Of a stretch of 64,000 bases of DNA, positions 27,801 to 35,698 are shown piece after piece. The number at the start of each line of letters is the position of its first letter. The first letter of the stretch is position 1. This stretch comes from an uncultured virus (IMG/VR IMGVR_UViG_3300035698_008855) (Duplodnaviria; Heunggongvirae; Uroviricota; Caudoviricetes). The stretch lies in IMG/VR virus record IMGVR_UViG_3300035698_008855. The stretch is one strand, 5' to 3'. The notes beneath the pieces were generated by a model. The model did no database searches. It was not told the origin of the DNA and worked only from the letters and a program-made list of their open reading frames with translations. The translations under genes and the position numbers were made by a program.

Positions 27801-30800
27801 TGATAAACGGCTATTTCGTGTCAGACTGCAATCCGGGCGCGAACTGACTACCACGGAGGACCATGCCTGGTTATCTCTCTCAGACGCCGGGGATCTCATA
27901 TCCGTGGATGCATCGAAACTACGGGTGGGTAGCTACACGCCGCGTATTCTCCAGACTCCGGCGACTATCAGTGATTCCGATGAGGTTGTGTTTGGCGCCA
28001 GATCTCATAGGGAGGCGAGGACCTTTAAGCTGGACAATACTTTTGGATGGTTTGTAGGTCACTGGCTTGCTGAGGGGTGTTGTAGCGGTAAATACCAGCT
28101 AAACTTTGCGATCTCAAACGTAGCAATGCAGCGTAGATTTAGGGACGTCTGTGAAACGCTTAAGTTAACGTGCCACACGTACGCAACCACGAGTTACGCG
28201 AATTCTGTGCAACTCGTTGAATGGCTGAAGTTGAACTTTGGATATCTAAGCGGCGGCAAGCGTATACCTGGATGGTTGCTTAACGCTCCGGAATCGTTCA
28301 GGCGGGGCGTGCTTTCCGGTTATTGGGATGGTGACGGGGAAGTTTCGCTACTAAAGTCTGGGGCAGTTGGTATCGTTGCGGGAACAGCGAGTCAGCAACT
28401 CCGCGATGGGTTGGTATTACTTTGCCACACACTTGGACTGGATACGGCTATCCGCGTACAACCTATACGAGGTGGCAAGCCCTCGTATCAACTCCGGATT
28501 TTATCGGAGTATGCGCATAGGATGCCTCTCCTTTCGCACGCAAGAAAACAGCGTCGACTCGATGAGGCAAAAGTTTCTGCGCATAGCTCTTACGCACGGG
28601 TACCGGCATTTGCATCCGCGTTCCAACAGGTTATGGATGTTTGCCCTCGCGAGCAGTACCAAAGCTATTATCAAAAGGGATATCGAGGTCACTGGGATAA
28701 GGAAACGCTACATGCGTTGAATTTGCCAGAGTCGTCTACACTGCGTCAATGGTTGGACTCCGACGTTATTTGGGATAAGGTAGCACATATCACAGAGGTG
28801 GAGCATGAGGACGCTGTGTACGATGTAGACATGGGTGACTCCAATTTCTGTTGTAGTCTCGGTGTGTTCGTACACAATACCTTCATCCATAACACACCCA
28901 CCGTGCAGCCGGGCGACGTCGTCAAACCGGGGCAGATCCTCGCACGAAGCAACTACACAGATGAAAATGGTTCGCTATCGATGGGCGTCAACCTCCGCAC
29001 AGCATACATGCCCTATAAGGGGCTGAACTTTGAGGATGCGATTGTCATCTCGGCGAGCGCAGCGAAGAAGCTGGCGAGCGAGCACATGTACAGTCGCGAC
29101 CTCGATGAGACTGAGGGTGCGAAGGTCAGCCGCCGTAACTTCATCTCTCTATTCCCGTCCAAGTATGACAAGGCGCAGTTTGATACGATCGACGACAACG
29201 GTGTAATCAAGCCGGGTACGGTAGTCCAGAAAGGTGACCCTCTTCTTCTTGGTGTAGCCAAGCGGCCGCAGTCTAAGCTCTACCGTGGTGGTCGTGTCTC
29301 GATGTTCAAGGATGTCTCTGTTGCGTGGGATCACGACTCCGAGGGGTTCGTGACTGACGTAGAGAAGAAGAAGGGTGGCTGGAACGTCATCGTTAAGTCT
29401 TACGAGCATCTGCAAGAGGGCGACAAGCTCTCAGGCCGCTATGGCGATAAGGGTGTGGTGTCGAGAGTCATCCCAGATGAGCAGATGCCTCACAGCGCTG
29501 ATGGTGGCCACTACGAGGTGTTGCTCAATCCGTTGGGTATTGTGAGTCGTACCAACCCCAGTCAGATCTACGAAGCTCTTCTCGGTAAGATTGCCCGTAA
29601 GCGCGGCAAGCCCTACAAGGTGCCCGCGTTCATGGACCAGTCACTCATTGACTACACACGTCGTGAGATGGCGCGTCATAACGTCAGTGACACTGAAGAC
29701 CTGATTGACCCCACCACAGGGAAGAAGATCCCGGACGTACTGACGGGCGAGCGTTTCATCCTCAAACTGCAGCATACCGCAGAGTCAAAAGGTAGTGGAC
29801 GCTCACAGGCGTCTTACACGACAGAGGGACTCCCCGCAGGTGGTGGCGACGAGGGAGCTAAGAAGATTGGTCAGATGGCTTTGACCGCACTCCTCTCTCA
29901 CGGCGCCAGCGAAGTGATCAGAGATGCAGCCGTCGTTCGAGGTCAGCGTAACGACGACTACTGGCGGGCGTTTCGTTTGGGGTACAGTCCGCCCACCCCG
30001 AAGGAAACGCTCGTCTACAAAAAGTTCCTTGAGAGTCTGAAGGCCGCAGGCATCAACGTCTCTAAGCGTGGTGACTCGGTACACGTCTTTGCGCTTACTA
30101 ACAACGACGTCAGCAAGATGTCACACGGGGAGATCAAAACCTCTGAGACGCTGGACGCGAAGAGTGGCCGTCCTATCCCTGGAGGCCTGTTCGACCAAGG
30201 TGTTACGGGTGGCATCGGCGGTAATACATGGGGGCACATCAAACTGCCCGAGCCGATTTTGAATCCGATCATGGAGAAGCCAGCGCAGATCCTACTTGGG
30301 CTCACTGGGCCGCAGTTCATGAATGTCGTGTCAGGCAAGACACCTATGTACGGTAAGCACGGCGGGCATGCGTTGACGGCAGCGCTGAAGCGTATCAACG
30401 TCTCCGACGAGATCGACAGGACGAAGCAGGACATCAAGTCTGCGTCAAAGACCACAAGGGACCGTGCAGTTAAGAGACTGGGCTACCTGAACGCGATGGA
30501 GAAGCATGGCGTAAGCCCCCAAGACTTCATGTTGGACGCCATCCCTGTGCTGCCCCCGTCTTTTCGTCCGATCGTGATGCAAGATAAGATGAAGCTCGTA
30601 GCTCACCCTAACCTGCTCTACAAGGATATGCTGGACGCAAAGAAGGACTTCAACGATCTCTTCCCGCAGTTGGGTGACGAGGGAGTGAAGGACGAGCGTC
30701 TGCGTATCTACAACTCTTTCAAAGCCGTGGCCGGGCTAGGTTCGCCTGTCTCTCGTAAGTTGCAGGAGAAGAGCGTGCAGGGTCTCCTTGGTCACATTTT

Positions 30801-32535
30801 TGGTGGCAGCCCGAAGTGCTACGACGACGAGACTGACGTACTTACTGAAGAGGGGTGGGTCCCATGGCCATCCTATGAGGGTGATGCGAGGTTGGCAACC
30901 GTTAATCTTAATACAGGCGTCTTTGAGTGGCAGGAGCCGCTGGACGTGATTCATGAGCGGTATATTGGGGAAATGGTCCATACCCAGATGTCAAAATTTG
31001 ATCTCCTTGTGACGCCTACGCACTCACATTGTCTCGCTAGAAGGTTAAAGACTGGAGGGGAGACGATCTACCTGCCATATGAGAAGACTCCTGCATACGT
31101 TTTGGCGGGCCGAACGACGGACCACGCGCGATTGCTTGCCTCTGCGGCAGGGTGGGATGGAAGCACTCCGGATTACGTATGGGAAGGTGTGCCCGTAAAT
31201 CCAATAGCCTTCGCTCGTTTCTGTGGGTGGTATCTCTCTGAAGGCTGGATACATCCGGACAGGGGTACCTCGTATGTCTGTCAGTCTATTGGTGGAAAAG
31301 AGGTATCACGTATAGATGACGACCTGCAACCTCTTTCTGGCCTTGTGAAGCGCGCGGAATACCCTAGAGGGAAAGCGGGTGTGGTCTACTGGTCTATTAA
31401 CAGTAAGAGTCTTGCAACTTGGTTGGTGAAGAACCTTGGGCGTCTTTCACATGAGAAGAAGCTGTCTCATGAGGTTAGGAACTGGCCGCGTGAGATGTTG
31501 GAAGCATTATTTGTCTCCTACTTAGATGGGGACGGGGAGACAGTCGCGAGGGTTAACGATGACCCTCATAAGAATAAAACAGGGTTCAATCGTAGCCAAA
31601 TCACACAGCGGAGGCATCGTTTCACAACGACTAGCCTAGGGCTCGTGGATGACCTGCAAGAAATTGCCACGAAGCTTGGGATACGTGTTAAGCTGACGGA
31701 TGAAATACCTCCGGAAGTGCCGGAACATAGAATACGCTATCGGGCATCTGTATTGGGATTTTCTTACGCAGTGTTGACAGCAGGACAATCACATTTTGAA
31801 TGGTATGACGGAGATGTTCATTGCGCCGAGGTGCCGAATGGTACGCTCGTTGTTCGTCGAAAAGGCATTACGTGTGTAAGCGGAAACTCAGGGTCTTTTC
31901 AGCGCAGAGTCTTGGGTATCCCCACAGACATGGTGGGGCGTGCGGCCATCACGCCTAACCCGTCTCTCAATATGGACCAAGTAGGTCTGCCGGAAGAGAA
32001 GGCGTGGACGATATATCGTCCCTTCATCATTCGAAAGATGGTACGCCGAGGCATGGGTGCGATGGCGGCGGCTAAAGCGGTAGCGGGTAAGAGCGAGCCT
32101 GCGCGTCAAGCGATGCTTGAAGTAGCGAAGGAGAGGCCGGTACTGATTAACCGTGCGCCCACGCTGCATAAGTTTGGGCTGATGGCTGCATGGCCGGTAA
32201 TCGTTAAGGGACACACGCTTCAGATTCCTCCGATTATCACAGGTGGCTTCAACGCTGACTTTGACGGCGACGCGATGAACTATCACGTCCCTGTGACAGA
32301 TGAAGCGGTCAAAGAAGCCATCGACAAGATGCTCCCGAGCCACAACCTTCTGTCTGTGTCAGACTTCAAAACGCACTACCACCCCAAGAATGAGTTCTTG
32401 CTCGGACTCTACCTTGCGAGTAAAATGAAAAAGAAGAAGCAACAGGCAAAGGTGTTCAACACCAAAGAGGATGCGCTTAAGGCTTATGCGCGTGGAGAAG
32501 TTTCCGTAGACGATCCCATAATCATTAACTCGTAG
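24811..32535 (+). CDS. rpoB-rpoC(N): multisubunit RNA polymerase: beta fused to N-terminal beta', with 3 inteins (~1457 aa after splicing)
   Basis: beta motifs YMTNRGTFI, NFEDAIVIS, GDKLSGRYGDKGV, NPLGIVSR; beta' motifs GEIKTSET, GHIKL, PVLPPSFRP, NRAPTLH; catalytic NADFDGD at 32251-32271. Confidence 0.95.
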   Translation: MPTPNVLGKDIFSFDDIPSARRDIFDRTLGAFQKHYPLENSRYRLRLNNLQYDPKDFSISDQKKALLQHGTLSNRLKGTWVLEDKADGREVDRADRIVAHVPYMTNRGTFIHQGREYTITNQMRLRPGVYAREKENGALEAHFNVKQGTGSSFRVYMEPETGVFRLNIHQATPKLFPILRALGVDRRELIKWWGEELVGVNEKADDPKAVKRLYDILTHKRAKQGTGDKEDIVKTLRDAFEAMQLDEETTKSTLGAAYKNVSAATVLRATQKLINIQHGKEEADDRDSLRYQTFHTPADFFSERVNLDSGQKSRRLLWRSTLRGGVQHMPGGALTSQLESVLLHSGLGQPLEEINPLDIHDQRHRVVRTGEGGISSMDRVPEECYDEDTEVFTQEGWRFWDEVDKTTRFACRIDGKLEFHAAKKLIRDEYQGELYCVQTQHLNLLVTPGHRMFVKKYRKNHKLFDYLFERADDGYRKPRLFCISHAPLDTDCAGTFTLPEVCGSRKVLAPIDLDDWAEFLGWYVSEGGIDSYALRERSKYHITISQVRSKNPENCDKIDALLCRMGIQYSYQSDHNFVFVNKQLGEYLKSLGVGALNKQLPHCVFSWPVSARERLLDALIAGDGSIQKSGHRTFFSTSKELASQVSRLATLNGYASHGVSTSVRENPAHNDLYACSILTSTETGVTSERQYDTSYRRVRYDGEVFCAQVPGELLLVRRHGSVPVWSGNSRNVQPSYFGLIDPIRTPESVKVGVDNRIAHRTYYGKDGKFYSQLQDTLTGKTEFVDAAEMSRSTIAFPGEMEKKGTKVRAMVGGARVEYVDKKDVNYTLPASTQMFNFHSNLVPFISGIKGGRLLMGSKFFNQALALRQGEAPLVQALDPHETGLRGVDTSFEDLAGTSLGAMYAGEAGQVTKVTGDEITVKSSDGKLHTYETYRNFPFNRKCICGNTLLQVWRKDNTMWVGEVQHYIFTSGDRTLSIDEHTKQAVWKDIRAIVRLKNDKRLFRVRLQSGRELTTTEDHAWLSLSDAGDLISVDASKLRVGSYTPRILQTPATISDSDEVVFGARSHREARTFKLDNTFGWFVGHWLAEGCCSGKYQLNFAISNVAMQRRFRDVCETLKLTCHTYATTSYANSVQLVEWLKLNFGYLSGGKRIPGWLLNAPESFRRGVLSGYWDGDGEVSLLKSGAVGIVAGTASQQLRDGLVLLCHTLGLDTAIRVQPIRGGKPSYQLRILSEYAHRMPLLSHARKQRRLDEAKVSAHSSYARVPAFASAFQQVMDVCPREQYQSYYQKGYRGHWDKETLHALNLPESSTLRQWLDSDVIWDKVAHITEVEHEDAVYDVDMGDSNFCCSLGVFVHNTFIHNTPTVQPGDVVKPGQILARSNYTDENGSLSMGVNLRTAYMPYKGLNFEDAIVISASAAKKLASEHMYSRDLDETEGAKVSRRNFISLFPSKYDKAQFDTIDDNGVIKPGTVVQKGDPLLLGVAKRPQSKLYRGGRVSMFKDVSVAWDHDSEGFVTDVEKKKGGWNVIVKSYEHLQEGDKLSGRYGDKGVVSRVIPDEQMPHSADGGHYEVLLNPLGIVSRTNPSQIYEALLGKIARKRGKPYKVPAFMDQSLIDYTRREMARHNVSDTEDLIDPTTGKKIPDVLTGERFILKLQHTAESKGSGRSQASYTTEGLPAGGGDEGAKKIGQMALTALLSHGASEVIRDAAVVRGQRNDDYWRAFRLGYSPPTPKETLVYKKFLESLKAAGINVSKRGDSVHVFALTNNDVSKMSHGEIKTSETLDAKSGRPIPGGLFDQGVTGGIGGNTWGHIKLPEPILNPIMEKPAQILLGLTGPQFMNVVSGKTPMYGKHGGHALTAALKRINVSDEIDRTKQDIKSASKTTRDRAVKRLGYLNAMEKHGVSPQDFMLDAIPVLPPSFRPIVMQDKMKLVAHPNLLYKDMLDAKKDFNDLFPQLGDEGVKDERLRIYNSFKAVAGLGSPVSRKLQEKSVQGLLGHIFGGSPKCYDDETDVLTEEGWVPWPSYEGDARLATVNLNTGVFEWQEPLDVIHERYIGEMVHTQMSKFDLLVTPTHSHCLARRLKTGGETIYLPYEKTPAYVLAGRTTDHARLLASAAGWDGSTPDYVWEGVPVNPIAFARFCGWYLSEGWIHPDRGTSYVCQSIGGKEVSRIDDDLQPLSGLVKRAEYPRGKAGVVYWSINSKSLATWLVKNLGRLSHEKKLSHEVRNWPREMLEALFVSYLDGDGETVARVNDDPHKNKTGFNRSQITQRRHRFTTTSLGLVDDLQEIATKLGIRVKLTDEIPPEVPEHRIRYRASVLGFSYAVLTAGQSHFEWYDGDVHCAEVPNGTLVVRRKGITCVSGNSGSFQRRVLGIPTDMVGRAAITPNPSLNMDQVGLPEEKAWTIYRPFIIRKMVRRGMGAMAAAKAVAGKSEPARQAMLEVAKERPVLINRAPTLHKFGLMAAWPVIVKGHTLQIPPIITGGFNADFDGDAMNYHVPVTDEAVKEAIDKMLPSHNLLSVSDFKTHYHPKNEFLLGLYLASKMKKKKQQAKVFNTKEDALKAYARGEVSVDDPIIINS
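25960..26994 (+). mobile_element. intein 1 in RNAP beta (345 aa, LAGLIDADG)
   Basis: E|CYDEDTEV..TPGH..FLGWYVSEG..IAGDG..WSGN|S. Confidence 0.9.
27634..28878 (+). mobile_element. intein 2 in RNAP beta (415 aa, LAGLIDADG)
   Basis: K|CICGNT..TEDH..GHWLAEG..GYWDGDG..VYDV..FVHN|T. Confidence 0.9.
30817..31887 (+). mobile_element. intein 3 in the RNAP beta' part (357 aa, LAGLIDADG)
   Basis: K|CYDDETDV..TPTH..GWYLSEG..YLDGDG..VSGN|S. Confidence 0.9.
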
Positions 32536-32543
32536 GGAGATGA

Positions 32544-33062
32544 GTGGTGCGTATACTTGATTCGCTATTCACGAAGAGTTCAACTGATGACGTGATGGTC
32601 AAGGTTGCACACGCCTTCGATACGTTCAAGATCGCTAACGCTTTCACCGTGGCAACCGAGAAGGTTGCTGTCGACGCATGTCCGCAACCTGACGGGCTCG
32701 CACAGGGCTCTCCGGGTAAGTGTATTTGTCCGTCTTGTGGAACGACAGCTACACACGCTGTTGGTGGTCGCTGTAATGCAATGACCTGTTCAAAGTGTGG
32801 TGCTGCGATGCGACGCGCCCCGTTATTGCAAAAGGTTGCGTGTGCCTTCGCTGTAGCAACCGAGAAGGTTGCGGGTAGGAGACGCAGGCCGAAACGTAAG
32901 GCAAAGCGTTCTCCCGTCGATGAGGCGGCTGAACGCGTCGGCATGAAGGATAACGAGAGCCTTGACGTACTCATGGATATGCGTCGCGAAGCTGCGGCGT
33001 TGAGGCGAAAACGCAAGAAGAAGGCGAAGGCTGCAAGAGCTGCGGCAGCAGGCAAAAGGTAA
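32544..33062 (+). CDS. Zn-ribbon protein with repeated AFxVATEKVA
   Basis: CICPSCG..H..GGRC...CSKCG..MRR; basic C-terminus. Confidence 0.7.
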   Translation: MVRILDSLFTKSSTDDVMVKVAHAFDTFKIANAFTVATEKVAVDACPQPDGLAQGSPGKCICPSCGTTATHAVGGRCNAMTCSKCGAAMRRAPLLQKVACAFAVATEKVAGRRRRPKRKAKRSPVDEAAERVGMKDNESLDVLMDMRREAAALRRKRKKKAKAARAAAAGKR

Positions 33063-33066
33063 GTCT

Positions 33067-33276
33067 ATGCCCGAACTAAGCAACAGCCCGCTAACCTTCA
33101 AGATAAGGAAGCCGTTGACTCCAGAACGACTTCCGAAGAGAATAGGTATTGAGGATCAGCGTGTGTGGCAGCAACTGTACGATATGCTGGCCGCACCTCA
33201 ACAACGGATAGTCGCGTCACACGACCGCGCCCGACAACGGGTCAGAAGCATGTTCCAGCGATCGGGTGTACTCTGA
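33067..33276 (+). CDS. small hypothetical protein
   Basis: Fills the gap in an operon-like run. Confidence 0.55.
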   Translation: MPELSNSPLTFKIRKPLTPERLPKRIGIEDQRVWQQLYDMLAAPQQRIVASHDRARQRVRSMFQRSGVL

Positions 33277-33297
33277 CAGAACAAGGAGGACGTACGC

Positions 33298-33978
33298 ATG
33301 GCTGCCATCGATAAGGACTTGCTGGCGAAGATACAAACCAGTTTTGAGAAGCAAGGGTTTATTCCTATGGGCGCTGGCGGCGCCTCAGGTCCTCCGCCCC
33401 CCGATCCGGCCGCAGGCGGTCAAATGGCACTTCCTCCTGGCATGGACCCCGCGATGATGGGTGGTGCTGGTGGAGCACCTATGCCCCCGATGCCTCCTGG
33501 CGCACTGATGGATCCGGCGATGATGGGTATGGACCCTGCCGCGATGGGTGGAGATCCTGCTGCAATGGGCGGAGATCCCGCTGCTGCTGGCGGTGAGATG
33601 GCTACCGTAAGTATGGATGACCTTCGTCGCCTCGTACAAGAAGTAGGCGGCGGCGCAGGCGGTGGACCTACATCTGATCCCGCTGCAGGTGGAGCACCTG
33701 TCAAGCCCGCCAAGTTCGACCCCGCAGTGCTCGACACGAAACTTGACGGCTTGAACTCACGTCTTGATCAGCTGATCGGCGCGATCTCCGGCGGCGAGAT
33801 GGGCGTACAGCTTCCCCCTCCCACTGACGAGATGCCGTCGCCTACGGAAGAGACGGTTCCCGGCGCTCCCCTTGATTCATTGATGGGCGCCCCGAAGGCC
33901 GCAAGCGCTGAAACAGTTGTCAGCCAGTCTGTTGCTGGGCTTGCTGCTCGACTCCGTGCGAGTCTGTCACAGGACTAA
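33298..33978 (+). CDS. Pro/Gly/Met-rich protein with DPAAMGG repeats
   Basis: AAGGAGG RBS; FEKQG; low-complexity repeats. Confidence 0.8.
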   Translation: MAAIDKDLLAKIQTSFEKQGFIPMGAGGASGPPPPDPAAGGQMALPPGMDPAMMGGAGGAPMPPMPPGALMDPAMMGMDPAAMGGDPAAMGGDPAAAGGEMATVSMDDLRRLVQEVGGGAGGGPTSDPAAGGAPVKPAKFDPAVLDTKLDGLNSRLDQLIGAISGGEMGVQLPPPTDEMPSPTEETVPGAPLDSLMGAPKAASAETVVSQSVAGLAARLRASLSQD

Positions 33979-33984
33979 TGCCAA

Positions 33985-34230
33985 ATGAAAATACGTATTC
34001 AATCCGGTAACATCTTGGCGGCTCCGCCAGTAGAGATGCCCGACGTGGGTTCAGCTGTGGTCTACGACGACTACGGTCAGCCCATTCTTGTCATCCAGAG
34101 CCAAGACGACGGACAGATCTTGATGGCTCGTGCTGGTGAGCCTAAGTTTCAGGAGTTGCTGAAAATCCTTGGCATTGGAATGAATGCGACTATCACTGTC
34201 GGCGCCTTAAGTGGCGGGAGGATAAATTAA
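33985..34230 (+). CDS. small hypothetical protein
   Basis: Tight packing. Confidence 0.65.
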   Translation: MKIRIQSGNILAAPPVEMPDVGSAVVYDDYGQPILVIQSQDDGQILMARAGEPKFQELLKILGIGMNATITVGALSGGRIN

Positions 34231-34231
34231 G

Positions 34232-35698
34232 ATGAGTCGCCAACAGGTTGAAGCACAGCTTACCGCTTTCTTTAACGGCATTGATCGTTTTGGTAAGGAA
34301 GCGTCGTTGTCTCCGAAGCATATTGAGCACATCAAAGACAACGCCCTTCTGCAGTTGTGGAAGGAAGCAGCAGCCCCAGGTGAGCGGAAGACCCAAACAC
34401 ATGGCGGGCAGGACAATGCAGTCGATCCTAAGGGACCTGATACACCTGCCACAGTAAAGCCTGTTGCGAAGCCCGCAGATCTTCCTACAGTAATGCCGCC
34501 GGAGCCTCAAACTACGGCTTCGGTGGTACCCGCTGCAAGACCTGCTGCGAAGCCTCAGCCTACGCCTGCGGTCGCGGGTGTCGCTGCTCCTGCCCCAACA
34601 GCTGTTGCGCAGCCGCAAGCGAAGAAGCCTGCGGGGAAACCTGTAGCAGATGCTTCGCCGAACCGTGGCAGCATGTGGAAACAAATTCTTGGCCACTTCA
34701 TGAACAACCCGGGCCGCCTATCCCTCTTGCTCTCTGGCCTTGCCCTCGGCGGTGTCGGCGGTGGTATGGCTAACGGATGGAAAGGCGTACTTGGCGGCGC
34801 ACTCGGTGGCGGTATGATGGGATATGGGATGAGTTACATCCCACAGCTACGCAACGCGCTTGCTGGCGCAGAGCAAAGTGCATTTGGTATGACGCTACCC
34901 AAGGCAACAAAGCAACAAGCACCCGCTGCCGCTAAAGATGATATGGAGAATGTTTCCCCGGTTACACCTGCGACCGTGGCCACTCCTGGTACACCTGCAG
35001 CCGTAGCTGGCGCACCTACTGCCCCAACTTCAGCAGCGGTACCCTTTACGCCTACGTACATGTACGACGGTAAACAGAACATATCTTCGAGTGTAGCGGA
35101 TTGGGCCAACGGCGGCTTTGATACTGACAGCGGGCTTGCTGACCCTGCACGGATTCCGGCCTTTGCAAAGAAGCTGTCTGAGTTTGAGTCTACCCCCGGA
35201 AACGAAGGAATGATTCCTTTCCAGGGAATTACACCTAAACAGTACGAACATATGCGTGGGCTTTATGGGATGAAGACACCCTGGGCGGCGCATACAGGTT
35301 GGGCCACGTATAAGCAACCCGGTGCGGCAGGGGAAGAAACCGTAAACCCTAATCCCAACGCAGCGGCCGCGACCGCTGCAACAGAACCTGTTAGCATCTC
35401 TCCTGAGCAGAGCGCGTCCCTCTCGGAGCTTGCAGCAAGCACGAGAAGTAGGGATTCGAAGGGTATTGTTATGCTCATTAACGGTTACAACGTTCTTGGA
35501 TACCTGGACGCAACCAGAGAAGCAAACAAGGCGAAGTTCAGGGAAGCTATCAAGATGTATGACCAACATATGGCTTCTGGCGCCACAGGACCTATGGCCG
35601 GTGTTAGCCAAAGTGATTGGCCTGAGCTGCAACGTATAGTACAGTCCGTTAAGATGTACCCTACACTATTCCAACCTAGTAACGCGTCACAGACATGA
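34232..35698 (+). CDS. Pro/Ala-rich hypothetical protein with a Gly-zipper hydrophobic segment
   Basis: GGAGG RBS; KEAS and KEAA motifs; ATGA overlap with the beta'C gene. Confidence 0.75.
   Translation: MSRQQVEAQLTAFFNGIDRFGKEASLSPKHIEHIKDNALLQLWKEAAAPGERKTQTHGGQDNAVDPKGPDTPATVKPVAKPADLPTVMPPEPQTTASVVPAARPAAKPQPTPAVAGVAAPAPTAVAQPQAKKPAGKPVADASPNRGSMWKQILGHFMNNPGRLSLLLSGLALGGVGGGMANGWKGVLGGALGGGMMGYGMSYIPQLRNALAGAEQSAFGMTLPKATKQQAPAAAKDDMENVSPVTPATVATPGTPAAVAGAPTAPTSAAVPFTPTYMYDGKQNISSSVADWANGGFDTDSGLADPARIPAFAKKLSEFESTPGNEGMIPFQGITPKQYEHMRGLYGMKTPWAAHTGWATYKQPGAAGEETVNPNPNAAAATAATEPVSISPEQSASLSELAASTRSRDSKGIVMLINGYNVLGYLDATREANKAKFREAIKMYDQHMASGATGPMAGVSQSDWPELQRIVQSVKMYPTLFQPSNASQT

Noticed and set aside
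33500..33600. 21-nt degenerate tandem repeat as a non-coding element
   Set aside because: In-frame DPAAMGG coding repeats with synonymous variation
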